This document shows, piece after piece, positions 37,843 through 52,110 of a stretch of 64,000 nt of DNA; positions within the stretch are counted from its first letter, which is position 1, and the number at the start of each line of letters is the position of its first letter. The position numbers and the translations under genes are program-made. Where the stretch lies: contig OZ024741.1 of the NCBI GenBank assembly GCA_964016885.1, forward strand, positions 283,154,001-283,218,000. Direction: 5' to 3'. Under the pieces are notes generated by a model. It had not been told where the DNA came from. It ran no database searches and worked only from the letters and a program-made list of their open reading frames with translations. This DNA is from Eledone cirrhosa. Its lineage: Eukaryota.

Positions 37843-38718
37843 ATCATCATCATCATCATCATCATCGTTTAACGTCCATGTTCCATGCTTGCATGGGTTT
37901 GGACGGGAGTTTTCCCACTTGAGGCAAGAGTGGTTGTCATTGCTCGCATAGGACTGTCTGGCGGGTTTTCTACAGCTGGATGCCCTTTCTAACACCAACC
38001 ACATTTACAGTGTGGGGCTGGGAGGTTTTTACCGTGTTGCCTACACGGCCACATTACAGCGTGGACTGTGTTTTTTTGTCGTGGCACCTACACGATCTCA
38101 TTTATTTCGGCCTGGATGTTGTGGCACCAACATAACTTTACATTGAAAGAGGCAGTGTGGATGGGGTGGGGGGACGGGGGTGTATTTTGTTAGAGATGCC
38201 TACTGACTGTAGTAGGTTTTACTTTGTATTTAGGTAAGGCGGGTCTTCTCTATTACTGAGTACCGCCAAAGGTCTCGGTCCAGTGACATTGTCTTGGAGA
38301 GGTGTAAGTGTGCGAAGTCGGAATTTATCAGCTCGTCCCAGGTTTTTCTGGGTCTGCCTACTCCGTGGCAACCGTCTATCTTTATTGCCCTGCACTTTGT
38401 TATACAGCTGTCGTCTTTCATGCGCATCACGTGACCATACCAACGTAACCTTCTCTCGAGTAAACAACATCTGATCCCTCTTATTTCTAATTTTTTCCTT
38501 AGTTCGTTTATGCTTTGCCGTTCACGTATATTACTATTACACATCCAGCGGAGCATGCAAGCTTCGTTCCTCTCTAGTCTGCGTATATCCTCTGCACACA
38601 ATGCCCAGGTCTCACTGCCATGCAACATTGCTGTTCGTATGCAGGCATCATACAACCTGCCTTTCATTTTTAGGGAGAACCCTTTAGCGGCTAATAGTGG
38701 TATAAGCTCTCTGAACTG
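37843..38718 (-). mobile_element. RTE/BovB-like LINE 3' end
   Basis: ORF 38230-38667 (KGRLYDAC..MLHGSETW..RLRWYGHVMR); near-identical to 63315-64000. Confidence 0.92.
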
Positions 38719-39092
38719 TATGCATATTAACTAATTATAAAGTAAACCTTACAAAATTAATTCTGTTTCCTTTTTAAAAATTCATCTCATCTACAAACGG
38801 AAAAGAACTAGTCCTGTAAGAGTTACTTGATAAATTAACATACTCTCTCTGCTTTATGTACTGAGTACATTACTTTCAATTCATAATGGAATACTTTACA
38901 ACAATGTGTGTGTGTGTGTGTATGTATGTGTGTGGGTGTGTCAATATGTTGAACTCTGAATTTTTATGGAGTTTTGAAAGGCTACTTTGGGTATAAAATT
39001 ATGGCTTACTCCTTGCACATTGTATACTTATATAAATACATACACACACATATATATACGTATACATACATACACACACACATATATATATA

Positions 39093-39208
39093 TATTTATT
39101 TTATTAAGTTTAAATAGTCTGTCTTGTTACTCTGGCATTTCGCCTGTGATAAACAGGTGAAACTCCAGAGTAACAAGACTCACTATTTAGCCTTAATAAA
39201 ATGAATAT
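39093..39208. repeat. Fold-back repeat containing the 3' half of a hammerhead-like motif
   Basis: gtcttgttactctgg..tttcgcctg tgataaa caggtgaaa ctccagagtaacaagac; between (TA)n tracts. Confidence 0.75.
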
Positions 39209-39265
39209 TTAAATTCTCCTTCAGTATAGAGTATTCTTTTCTCTCAGTCACCACCAACCACATAT

Positions 39266-39314
<49 letters not shown>

Positions 39315-39315
<1 letters not shown>

Positions 39316-41137
39316 ACCACCAACTGATGCTGAAAGGAAAGAAGCCTGGAAATGTTACTATGAGAGACTGATGAATGTAGAGACTAGACAGGAAGAACAG
39401 AAACTACCCCTAACCTGCCCAACACAACAATGGACCATCCCCTGAAGTTGACAGTTTTAAGGTTAAAGAAGCAATCAAAGAGATGAAAAATGATATAACT
39501 GCAGGGTCATCAGAGATAATTGCTAAGATGCTAAAAACATTGGGAGAAGTAGGAGTCAAACTAGTAACCCACATAGTCAATCAGGTAATGCAGGACGGTG
39601 TCATACCCAATGACTGGTGCAGCAGTACAATCATAAATTGCCTCTACAAGGGCAAAGGTGATACTCTAGAAAGGAGCAACTACAGAGGAATAAAACTAAT
39701 GGATCAAGTTATGAAAATGATAGAAAGATTTATAGTACAACTAATTAGAGAAAGAGTCAAAGTAGATGAGATGCAGTTTGGTTTCAAGCCTGGGGAAAGT
39801 ACTACAGATGCCCACTTCTTAGTGAGGCAACTACAAGAGAAGTTCTTAGCCAAATATAAGCTACTATACCTAGCTCTCATTGATCTAGAAAAGGCCTTTG
39901 ACAGAGTACCTCAATCTACTATCTGGTGGTCCTTAATAGAATTAGGTGTAGAAGAATGACTTGTGAGAGCAGTACAAGCCATGTACAGAGAAGAGCTGTC
40001 AGCTAAGTGAAAGTAGGAAGTGAGTTTTGGGACGAATTCAAGGTGCAGGTAGGAGTTCATCAGGGTTCGGTTTTTAGCTCATTATTATTCATTATAGTTC
40101 TCCAGGCTATAACAAAGGAGTTTATGACCAGCTGTCCATGGGAAGTTCTCTATGCAGATGATCTTGTCCTTATAGCCCAATCAATTAAAGAACTGGAAAA
40201 TAAATTCTAACAATGGAAACAGAATTTGGAATCAAAAGGTCTGAGAGTAAACTTAGCCAAAACTAAAGTGTGAGTGAGTAGGAGAAAAGATAGGACCCTG
40301 ATACCTTCAGGGAAGTGGCCCTGCTCAGTATGTAGAAAAGGAGTTGGTATAAACTCCATACGATGTACACAATGTAAATCTTGAGTACACGGGAGATGTA
40401 GTGGGATAACAGCTAGACTAACAGGAAGAGATGACTTTGTATGTAGAATATGCACAGGAGCAACCGAGGGGAAGAGCACCAGTGATGTAATCCTATTCCA
40501 GTCACAGGAAGGACTCATAGAATTGGTAGTTAGCTTCTGCTAGCTAGGTGACTTAATTAGCAATGGAGGAGGGTGCTCTGAGAGCTTAATAGTTAAAATA
40601 AGGATAGGATGGAAAAGGTTTAGAGAGCTACTCCCACTGTTAACCACAAAAAGTTTCTCCCTGTGTACAAAAGGGTGACTGTATGATGCCTGTTTGTGAA
40701 ATGCAATGCTGCATGGTAGTAAAACATGGGCTGTGACTGCAGAGGACATGCATAGACTGGAGAGAAAGGAAGCAACCATGCTTCGTTGGATGTACAATGT
40801 AAGTGTGAGAGAAATGCAGAGAATGGACAAGTTGAAGGAGAAGCTGGGTTAAAGCAGAATCTGAGATAGTGTGCAGGAGAGAAGACTGAGTTGGTATGGA
40901 CATGTGATGCACATGAACAATGATCGCTGTGTGAAAAAGTGCTTGGAAATCCTAGTGGAAGGAAGCCGCAGTAGAGGTAGACAAAGAAAGTCCTGAGCAG
41001 AGTTTGTGAGAGCAGATCTCAACAGAGGAGATGATGATGGCATCTTTCCACAATGAGTGGAAATATGCCATGCTGAGAACGACCCATCTGACCCATGCAA
41101 GCGTAGAAAAACAGATATGAAACAACGATGATGATGA
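39315..41137 (+). mobile_element. RTE/BovB-like LINE, RT to 3' end, degenerate
   Basis: YKGKGD.LERSNYRGIKL, DLEKAFDRVP, HQGSV, YADD, (GAT)n tail. Confidence 0.92.
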
Positions 41138-41139
41138 TA

Positions 41140-41181
<42 letters not shown>

Positions 41182-41551
41182 TATATCTCCAGCATTCACG
41201 GAATTTTCCTTAGAACCTAACTAATAATTGTTCATGGAAACCACCGCGTATTTGCGGAATCATAAATATCTTTTGCAAATTTTTATGGCTTTTTTCATGG
41301 CAATATATATTTTTTCATGCTTTTTAATTCTAAATTATTAATAACAATATACCATATTTACCGGCCTATATTTTACATTATGTTTTGATGTTTATAGGCA
41401 TTTTTATGGATCACATTCAATATTCATGGTTTCTCACTCTTCGTGGGTGCTCTAGGAACTTAATCACCAATGAACACCGGGGGACAACTGTATATATATA
41501 TATCGTATATATCTTATTGCTATCAATATATATTCATGCATTTTCTTTCAG

Positions 41552-41631
41552 GAGATATCATGATTAACAACTGTGCATTTGGCCTAGGAGACATGAATCA
41601 TATGGAGAAATTTGTTGGATACATGAAAAAT
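41552..41631 (+). CDS. Pif/LamG3-like gene, exon 7: LamG domain end
   Basis: Acceptor ttttctttcag, donor AAT|gtaagt; 80 nt, phase 1-0; GDIMINNCAFGLGDMNHMEKFVGYMKN (LG....FxGxm LamG signature). Confidence 0.88.
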
Positions 41632-42458
41632 GTAAGTATGCTTCTAAAAGTGCATTTATAAAAAAAAAAAAAAAAAATTAAGGAGTTTTATAAGTAACTA
41701 TAAGTAACTTAGAATGTTCATTTACTTGATTTTTGTGCTTTCAATTTTGATATAGTTTGGTGCAATAATAATAGAAACTACAGAGTAGGAACATCATAGC
41801 TTTAAAATATAATAAGAAAAAAGATCAACACTATTTCTTCTAAAGAAATTTAAACTGCTATTGTTTGTATCATGCAGGTTTATAGTCTGCCAGTTGCTAT
41901 TGTAATAACAGATAATCTATAGATTTTATTGTGTTCAATTATTGTAGAAAAGATCAGCTCCAACAATTCTCTAATGTTATCCTTTTCTTATATTTGTCAT
42001 TATTTCTTTCTATACCGATTACATTTAGCTTACGGATAAAATGACATACATGTTTGATTGCTCACAACTGCAATTATGCAAGATTTATCTTGGACTAATG
42101 TCTGTATCTGGTATGATGATTATCACCAAATTATAAACATACACAGCGAGCCACTGAAGGAACCTTTTATGGAGCCATTCAGCTTCAGGTTTCTTTTATA
42201 TCAGACCCTACCATCTTAAAAGGAACAGGCACATTGGATATTGTCATTTTAGATACACTATGTATAAAAATAAATGATATGTTTATAGCAGGATCATATC
42301 ACATCTGATCATATGTTTGCTCAGTCAGAGCTGAGCAAGAGATAGACAACTAGATAGACACAATGGCATAAAAACCTTGAAAGATAATATACATTATTTC
42401 TTAGGGTTCTTGGATATTCAAATTTTGGTAATTAAACCTCTTTTTTCTACTTTCACAG

Positions 42459-42482
42459 GTTTACTTCGCAAAGTGTCTTTAA
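42459..42482 (+). CDS. Pif/LamG3-like gene, terminal coding exon
   Basis: Strong acceptor ttttttctactttcacag; phase 0; VYFAKCL-TAA completes the last LamG strand with the terminal Cys. Confidence 0.85.
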   Translation, partial: VYFAKCL

Positions 42483-42599
42483 AACTGGAAGACCAGTGAA
42501 TCATTTTCAACAAAATAATTCAATGAATTGCTAACAAATGATTAATACAGCAATTCCGTAATGATTTTCTACTGAATTAAAATAATTTCACAATTGATT

Positions 42600-42605
42600 A
42601 ATAAA
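42600..42605 (+). terminator. Polyadenylation signal of the Pif/LamG3-like gene
   Basis: AATAAA about 120 nt after the stop codon. Confidence 0.55.
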
Positions 42606-42989
42606 GCATCCTTTTAAATTCAATGAAGTGTTTAAATGATTCCTACTTCTTATATTAAGTGAGGTGTTTACTTAATTCTTATTTAGTTATATATCTATGG
42701 AGGAGGGGAAATGTTCACAATTTTCTTTCAGAAAAATGCGTTTACTGGTTGTTGTAGAGTTACATTAAACAATGTCTATAGATGTCTGACAGAATATGTT
42801 AGTTGAGGGATGGAAGGAAGGGGGCAGTAAGTGAAAATACAATGCAAATGCAATATGATATTGATACACATAGAAATAGGGTGTTCAAGTAGATGAAGGA
42901 TAAGACACTAAATAATTATAGAGACAAAAATTTCAGAGAGCAGATGGACAAAAATATACTATAGACTTAGAAAATAGGTAGGCACAGCA

Positions 42990-43530
42990 GCTGAGAATGG
43001 AAATTATAAACAGAAGAACTACTCCCACTGTTGACAATAAAGGTTTCTCCCAACATACAAAAGGACAACTGTATGATAACTGCGTGTGAAGTGTGATGCT
43101 GCATTGCAGTGAAACATGAAACATGAGCAGTGACTGCTGAAGACATGCACAGACTGGAGAGAAATGAAGCAATCATGCTTTGTTGGATGAGTAATGTAAA
43201 TGTGAGAGAAAGGCAGAGCTTGGATGAAAAGAGAGAGAAACAGGAATCCAAAGTGGTATGCAAAAGGGAAGACTGTATTGGTACGAACATGTGATGCACA
43301 TGGATAGTGATCGCTGTGTGCAAAAAGTGCCAAGAAATCCCAGTTGTGGGAAACTGCAGTAGAGGAAGACCTGGACAGAGGTGAGGGTTGATCTAAAATC
43401 GCTGAAACTCACAGAGGAGATGACAATGGAATACGATGAATGGAGAGATGCTATGCTGAAAAGAACCTGTCCAACCTATGCAAGCATGGAAAAATGGACG
43501 TAAAAACGATGATAATGTTGAGGATGATGA
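42990..43530 (+). mobile_element. RTE/BovB-like LINE 3' fragment
   Basis: Similar to 40610-41135. Confidence 0.8.
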
Positions 43531-43552
43531 ATGAAGAGAAAATAAGCATAAT

Positions 43553-43738
43553 AATAATTATTTCTACTTTTGGCACAAGGTCAGCAATTATCCAGTGAAT
43601 TACTGGTGCTTTTATTTTATTGATCCTGTAAGGATGAAAGGCAAAGTTAACCTCGGTGTGATTTGAACTCAGACTGTAAAGGCCTGTAACCCTATACTGC
43701 AAAGCATAGCGTCCGACCTTCTACCAATACTGCCAATC
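43553..43738 (-). mobile_element. SINE family A
   Basis: Reverse-complement copy. Confidence 0.9.
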
Positions 43739-44261
43739 TATTGCATAATATTCACTGCACATATGCCATGCATAGTATGTATAAATAATGTGTGTGTTGA
43801 GTGCACAAAACTGTACACATCATATACAACCAAGCAACATATATGCATACAGACATATAGTGTTAATGCCACAATAAAATGTGCCCTGTCCACAAACTGA
43901 TAATGTTGATGCCATGGAAAAAGGCCCCCAGTACATTCTGTAAGGTGGTTAGTGTTAGGAAAGACATCCAACACAGAAATCTTGCCAAATATAGAACATA
44001 TAAGCAGGGAAAGTGAATATAAAATGATAATGGTATGTATGTATGTTCTTCTGGTTTTATAATTTCACAAATTTTTGCCAATAGAGAGTCGATTTCTAAC
44101 ATAGTTACAAGACTCTTTCATTGGAATTTACACAACATCAACTAGGTAGATATGTATGCATGCATGTGTAGGTATGGATTTTATTGTATGTGTGGATGTG
44201 TATGTTTTGAGTTGTATGTGTGCATGTGCATACACTTTGTATCTGTACATGTGTATAAGCA

Positions 44262-47030
44262 GTTATTAGACACAAAATTTTTGGAATGTTTTACATATTT
44301 TTACTGTTCTATTAATGGATTATACTTGTAATTTCCTAACTAGTTGTGTTCTTTCTCTTCCTGTGAAGCCCAGCTTCTCAAGATTTGTATTGAGGCAGTT
44401 ACTAACATATCCCAGTGCCCCAATAATCACAGGCATAAATCTGAAGGTATAGTCAGGGTGGAGTATCTGCAGATTTCTCATTAGTTCTGCATAAATATTC
44501 TCCTTTTCACTAATCTTTGATATTATATTGGCATCTGCTGGGCAGCTAACTTCCACTACTGTACATGCCTTCTTTTCCCTGTCCCATATCATTATAACTG
44601 GTCTGTTATGCCTGAATTTTATGAAAGGTTTTTACTTGAACATTCCACCAGTACTCTTTCATATTATGTATATGTATGTCTTCCACATTGCTGTAGCTTT
44701 TAATGTATTTATTATCAGGGCTATCTCTTCTACGGATTGCATTGTACAGTGTTTTGGCCACTACATCATGCCTCATAGGTAGATAGTACTGCAATGACAT
44801 CTTTGGATAGCTGAAATTGACATGAGTGAGATCTTCGATGTTAATCCTGCAGAGTCTGTACATGTTGTCACATCTAGGTGTTTTGCCTGCATCCCTATCT
44901 CTTTTGTGAATCAGGTATTTTGTGTTGATTTCCTGTTCTTAGATTGCAAAAGTGTATCCTTCAAAGTCGGAGCCAATATAGCAGTTGTTGGTCCAAGATA
45001 GACTACTTTCTTTATCTATATTACTCTCTCTCTGGAGCTTCCTGGCAACATATCCATGCATGATTTTTTGCTGATAAGCATGCAGTTTTTCAACCATGGA
45101 TTCACTGCTGTACTGCTGAGCAACTTCCCTGGGTGTGAGTTTTTGATTATCACAGGAATATCTTTCAAGGAGTTCCTTCCCAACTCTCATGATCTAATCT
45201 GTTTCATGCAGATAGACTTGCTTGAGAGACAGGCTCCTACGCTTCGAGGTTCGTACATGTTGTCGGAGAGATATGATGCGACAGTCAAATGCTGTCTGGA
45301 CTGATGTTAGGCCTCTGCCTCCCTGCTTACGTTTCAAGTAAAAGTGGTCTATGTCACTGTTGATGTGGAAGTTTTTGGTGTTGTTTAGTATTTTTCGAGT
45401 TCTAACATCAATTGCTCGAATTTCATCTATCGTCCAATTGAGTATTCCAAACGTTGGTGTTAGGACAGGCACAGCAAACACACTGTGAGCCACTGTTTTG
45501 TTGTGCACAGAGAGTTCCGATGACCATATTTTTCTTAATCGGGTGTAGTATTCCCTGGTTACGCATTCCTTATTACAGATACCATTATACATCTATCCCC
45601 AGGCATCTGTAGCAGTCCTCATCAGATATCGGTGAAACAGTTAGGCCATTGATGACAATATTGCTAGATTGGGTTGTTATTTTTCCGTGCTTTACAGTCA
45701 TATATGAGCATTTATCTTGGCTAAACTCCATTCCTATATCCTTTGAGAATGTTGTAACCAGGTCAAGATTTTTCTTCATCCCATCTATGTTCTTGGCATA
45801 GAGTTTCAGATCATCACAAAGAAATTATGGATTAGGTTCATATGTCTGTCCTCCTGTGAGCCAATGATGTATCCTTCACATTTCTTGAGCAGAAAGGACA
45901 AGGGGTTTAATGACAGGATAAATAATATCACAGAGAGACTGTCTCCTGTGATATTCTATTTTATCAGTGAAAATAGAGTCCCCCTTTTCTGTCTTTAACT
46001 TTAGGATAGTAGCCCAAGAAGAAGACAGTTTCTCTATGGCTCTGATAATAATGTCTGGGACTTTAGCAAGTCTGGGGGCCTCTATCATCCAAGAGTGGGA
46101 AACAATCAAAAGCTTTCCTGTAGTCCAGCCAGACTGTAGCCATATTCCTCCTAAGTTGTCGCACCTCCAACATCATAGTTTTGTTGATTAGGAGTTGTTC
46201 AGCACACACCCCAAACCCCTTGCTTTTCAGCTGCTTGTTCATCTGTGATGATGCTATTATTTTCACAGTGATCTTGGAGGAATAGGTTCAGGCAGGTTGT
46301 ATACATCTTATACATCAGGTTCTGGCATGCAATGGGTCGGTAGTTTTTTGCCAAGTGGGTGTCTTTGTTTTGGGGGACCAGTAATGTTTGTGTTAATGTC
46401 AACCATTCTGGTATAAGTGTATCTCCCTTAAGAACTTGTTGGTAGAGGTCGGTAAGAAACCTCCGATAGAATATCAGTTTTTTGTACCAGTAGCCGACAA
46501 TCATGTCTCTTCCTGGTGTTTTTTATCTTGGAGTTTTCCTATCACAGTCTCAAGGGAATCCTCACTTATTTCGTATGTTTTTGTTGTAGTGTAGGAGCAA
46601 TAGTTCTTTGGGATTTCTTTTAGCCACACTGTATCTTGTTTGAAATTCTTCTTTTCACCCCATATTTTTCTCCAAAAGAAATCTATGTCTCTCCGGGATG
46701 GGGCCTCCGTGACACTTATTATTTTGCCCTTCATATCTCTATAGACTGATGTTTGGTTTTGTCTGAATCTTTTATTAAGCACTTTTCTTTCATCTATCTT
46801 CTTCGGGTATCTGCGTTTTTCGCTGACAGCTCTCAATTCTTGTTTGAGGGTGATCAGCTTATATTGAAGAGTTCTGGTACTACTGTTACCAAACATCGTC
46901 TCTATTTTATTTTTCACTCTTTGTTGGTGAGGAGTGAATTTTTTTTTGTGTGTGTTTGTTTGCATGTAAGGAGCATTGTCACATATCCTATGGTTTTTCG
47001 TAGGTCAGCAATCTTTTTTTCTATTTTAGT
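44262..47030 (-). mobile_element. Dong/R4-type non-LTR retrotransposon (distinct subfamily), degenerate
   Basis: NYRPIAC, WLDYRKAFD, DIGMEF..DKC, YLKRKQGGRGL, CRLC....E...H, RHD.VA, VEVSCP. Confidence 0.9.
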
Positions 47031-47201
47031 TATATACTAGCAGAATGGCTCGGCGTTGCTCGGGATTTGCTCTAGGGTTCTTATATATTTGATATATATT
47101 TATCCTTAACGAGCCTCGTGAAATAAATACGTTTGTTTATATTTTGTTATTGTGTATGCAAAAATATCTGTACATGAATATATATATATATCTGTACACG
47201 A

Positions 47202-47260
<59 letters not shown>

Positions 47261-47705
47261 TAACAGATTAAAGTTTAAGCAAAGAATTGGTGCTTTCACT
47301 CTTAACGGGACCTTCTGAAACTAAAAAATCAATCTGTGAACGCAGAAGTAAATATTTCGAAAAACGTTACACACTATATATCTATCTATACACACAATAT
47401 ATATACATATATACACACACACACATATATAGCGACGTCATAATGTCATAATGCAGACAGCCAGAAGATATTATAAGGGCGCAACGTAATATCTATGTAT
47501 CTATCTAAAAAGAAAGACTAAGAATTATAGAGAGAGATCGCTAAATCGCCTAATGCCGCCCCTAGGGCATTGAAAATTTGAAATATTTTTTCGCTCAAAA
47601 CACTCACAGTATTACATGTTTAAAGTTTGAAAACAATCGGTTGGGTGGTTCTCGAGTATTAGTGATCGGACAGACAGAGAGACAGAAATTCTCTGTTTTA
47701 GATAT

Positions 47706-49281
47706 GTAGTGACCTACATTCCGCGGGCTTATATACATTCTCCAAGCGTTGTTTGGCTCAGTGCAGCCAATCGCCGCCAGCGGAGTAGAATGTATCTCTA
47801 CATGCCCTGCAGAAAAAATTCCCGCGTCGATTCTAGAAATCTCTCTCTTGCAGCTTGCCGACGCCAAGGTAAACACCACTTATTATTTTGCTTCGTAAGC
47901 ACAAACAATATGTAACAACAAAACATTACTACGGGCCTGGCCAAACGCCTCAGCCAGTCGACCGTATTTTCTCTTGCAATACCAACAGGCAAACACCAAA
48001 CTCACGTGGTGACTTACGGCTCTTCAGCGCTCGACTTCGCTTTGATAGCAACAACAACAACAATTCTACTAGCTTCCCAAAGAAATCTCAAAGAAAAGAA
48101 AAGGCGAACTTTTTGTTAAAAAACAATTCTTTCTTTCTTTCTTTTTTTACAGGCAATGTTTGGACATTCATTTTTTTTAAAAAACTGTATTATATGAAAA
48201 TTCATTTTTTTTCTATCATTGTATATATGACAGCACGCACACATTTTCTTTGCTGTATTACATGCCTGCATATGCACACACATTTCTTTGACACACACCA
48301 ACATGTTGTTGCCTTAGTATATAATCTTCAAGCGTCGTAATATTCTGCGAGATCCCTTTCACCTGTGGATTCGCCATTTCTTCTATGGATTCGCCAGAAT
48401 TATGGAATTACCGCTTCAACTACTACCCACCTACAGATTCAACTTGCTTTTTTTCTTTTCAAAGCAACTAGCCATATTTTTTCCTGGCGGCCTAGCACTT
48501 CCGGCAATTCATCTGGGAGGCCGACATTTTCTCGCCTACCCATCATTTTCTTGCCAGCTCTGCTACAACATTTACCATAACAGCTCCAGCTATACAGCTC
48601 TGGTATAACATTTACCATAACAGCTCTGGTATAACACTTACCATAACAGCTATACAGCTCTTGTAAAGCATGAACAGCACCATCATTGACAACACCTACT
48701 GGTAAACAACCATATCAGCTTCATCCACAGCTCTGGTACAACACTTACCATAACAGCCAACATTTAATGCAAGAGCAGCAACTTTTCCCATGTCAGACTT
48801 TATCCGTTTTCTGTTAGACCCCTGGTGGTTTCGTATAGAATAGCAAAACAGCTAGTCATTTGACACAGCGGCTCAACACGGCCCTTAGCGCCTCATTTTT
48901 CTTCTTGCATGCATTCTTTGGTTTAATTTTGTTTTCATTGATGTACTCTTTCAGCATTTTTCCTGCTGATTCAATAATATGTATCGTCTTACGACTAGGA
49001 AGGGGGTATTGTAGTGACCTATATTCCACGGGCTCATATACATTCTCCGTGCGTTGTTTGGCTCAGTGCAGCCAATCGCCGCCAGCGGAGGAGAATGTAT
49101 CTCTACACGCCCTGCAGAAAAAATTCCCGCGTCGATTCTAGAAATCTCTCTCTTGAAGCTTGCCGACGCCAAGGTAAACACCACTTATTCTTTTGCTCCG
49201 TAAGCACAAACAATATGTAACGACAAAACATTACTACGGGCCTGGCCAAACGCTTCAGCCAGTCGACCGTATTTTCTCTTG
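47706..49281 (+). repeat. Direct repeat of about 275 bp (47706-47980 and 49010-49281) inside the Helitron-like block
   Basis: gtagtgaccta.attcc.cgggct...cagccagtcgaccgtattttctcttg present twice. Confidence 0.9.
48555..48760 (+). repeat. Minisatellite, about 26-bp unit cagctctggtataacatttaccataa
   Basis: About five degenerate copies. Confidence 0.8.
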
Positions 49282-51359
49282 TAATCTTAATTGAATTATT
49301 TCATTTCTCTTGGCATGCCACCTCTTAACATTTGTTAATAAATATTGTAAAAACATGCTAAAGTCGTTGTCGATATTCCAATTATATCCTTCTGCTAAAG
49401 TCTTGGTGATGTTACTATCATATCTTTCTGCTAAGGTGGTTCCTCGTGGCACCATAACTACTTCTATTATTCTCCTAAATTGGTGATTATACTTATTGCT
49501 AAAGATATATAGATGATGGTATTTTTTGTGGTGTTTGTTCTTGTTAATATCCATGCTATCACCAAGATAATGCTTCACTGTCGTTGCTAGGGTATATAAG
49601 CAGGCGTTAATTTGCCAAAATGTTGGGGGTTTTATCCGACGTAAATATTCATCCCCTATTTCGTCAATAACACGTAATATTTTATTATTTGTTTTTTTCT
49701 ATATTATTAAATACTATCAGTGGTACCCGGCGTTGCACGGGATAAGGTATTTTGGAACGCGGGCTGCCAACAGACCTAATCGTCGAAAAACTGCATGCGT
49801 GGACAATATGTAAAGAAAATAAATCGAATACTCTGATGGCTGGATAAACTTTAAGATTTTCCTCTATGAAGCAGGAAAAATGCAGGTTTTCACCTAATGC
49901 CGGCCCTAGGGGATCAAGAAAATGGATTTTTTTATGTGCATAATATGCCTTGAAATATCGGGAAAATCGGCTAGACGTAACGCCTCAAAAAGTTGAAAAA
50001 TGAAGTTTTTCTCCTAATGCGGGCCCTAGACCATAAAAATGTTGGATTTTCTTTGCTCACGGTATGAAGAAGAGACTGACTAATACATAGTTACAATTTC
50101 AAGGAAATCAGTCTGACGTAACGACTCAAAAAACCTGAAAAAACGCAGTTTTTCAACTGATGTGGGCCCTAGGGGATCAAAAAGTTGAATTTTGTATGTG
50201 CATAACACTCCCTGAAACATAAGTGATACACATGTAAAGTTTGAAAAAAGTCGGTTGGGTACTTCTCGAGTCTTAGGGATTCAAACTCACAGACACACAC
50301 AGACACACACACAGACATCCTCAGCGAAGTGACGTAATGCAGACAGTCAGATATACAGGCAAATATTATAAGGGCGCGACGTTATATGTATGTATCTATC
50401 TAAAAAGAGAAAGATTAAGAATTATAGAGAGAGATCGCCTAATGCGGTCCCTAGGGCATTGAAAATTTGAAATATTCTTTGCTCAAAACACTCACAGGAC
50501 CATAAGTATTACATTTGTAAAGTTTAAAAACAATCGGTTGGGTGGTTCTCGAGTATTAGTGATCGGACAGACAGAAATTCTCTGTTTTAGATATGTAGTG
50601 ACCTACATTTGCTCAGAACACTCCCTGAAACATAAGTATTATATGTGTAAAGTTTGAAAATAGTCGGTTAGGTGGTTCTCGAGTTTTAGGGATTCAAACT
50701 CACACACACACAGACATCCTCAGTTTTATATATATAGACTAGCAGTGGTACCCGGCGTTGCACGGGATAAGGTATTGTGAAATATATAACCGCCTTAGCT
50801 AAACTTAGTATTGCCACAACCACGGCTGGCAAAGAAGTAAGGGTCTGGTGGTAGGTAAGTAAACAACACTGTGGCTTAAAACGGGAGGAAGAAGTTGTGT
50901 GCACTTACCAACTGTTTGAGTGTAAGATTTGTCTTGAGCAAGGGTGGAAAAATAACAGGAGGCAGCAGGTAGCCAGACATACAGACAGAAATTATAAGGG
51001 CGCGTTCTGGATGCAGAGCGAATTGTAGGAAGTGACATAATGCAGACAGCCAGACATACAGACAGATATTATAAGGGCGCGACGTTATATGTATGTACCT
51101 ATCTAAAAAGAGAAAGACTAAGAATTATAGAGAGAGATCGTTAAATCGCCTAAAGCGGTCCCTAAGGCATTGAAAGTTTGAAACTTCCTTTGCTCAGAAC
51201 ACTCCCTGAAACATAAGTATTACATGTGTAAAGTTTGAAAACTGTTGGTTGGGTGCTTCTCTAGTTTTAGGGATTCAAACTCACACACACAGACAGACAT
51301 CCTCAGTTTTATATATATAGACTAGCAGAAAACCGCCTAAGGCGTGGTTTTCTGTTGGT

Positions 51360-51399
51360 ATATATATATATTACACACACAGAAATGGATATATATTTC

Positions 51400-51430
<31 letters not shown>

Positions 51431-52110
51431 TACACACACAGAAATGTATATATATTTCTGTGTGTATATATATATATATTACACACACAGAAATGTATAT
51501 ATATTTCTGTGTGTGTATATATATATATATTACACACACACAGAAATGTATATATGTTTCTGTAGCACTCCTCAATTCCCCCCTCTCTCCTCCCGCTATC
51601 CCCCTCTTGTAGTCTGTCTCTTTCTTTCACTTTCACTCTCTCTCTCTACGCGTGCGCAAAAAAACTTTCGCACGCGCGCACGTGTTTTAGCGTCTATTCA
51701 CTCTCTCTCTCTCCCTCTCTCCCTCCCGCTATCCCCCTCTCGTAGTCTGTCTCTTTCTTTCACTCTCACTCTCTTTCTACGCGTGCGCAAAAAACATTCG
51801 CACGCGCGCACGTATTTCCACAGTCGGATAGACAAACCGAGAAATTGCTGGTTATATATTATAAGGAGATATATATATTACACACACAGAAATGTATATA
51901 TATTTCTGTGTGTATATATATATATATATTACACACACAGAAATGTATATATATTTCTGTGTGTATATATATATATTTCTGTGTGTGTATATATATATAT
52001 ATATTACACTCACACAGAAATGTATATATATTTCTGTGTGTATATATATATATTTCTGTGTGTGTATATATATATATATATTACACTCACACAGAAATGT
52101 ATATATGTTT
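51360..52110. repeat. Satellite of self-complementary units (acacacagaaat gtatatat atttctgtgtgt + (TA)n)
   Basis: Arrays at 51360-51560, 51870-52110 and 52830-53020. Confidence 0.9.

Noticed and set aside
47604-49184. Paired ORFs MVFTLASAS.KREISRIDAG.. as a duplicated gene
   Set aside because: Product of the 275-bp direct repeat; frames diverge at the repeat boundary and there is no recognisable domain
51360-52110. Palindromic repeats resembling a CRISPR array
   Set aside because: Spacers are just (TA)n, context is eukaryotic and there are no cas genes
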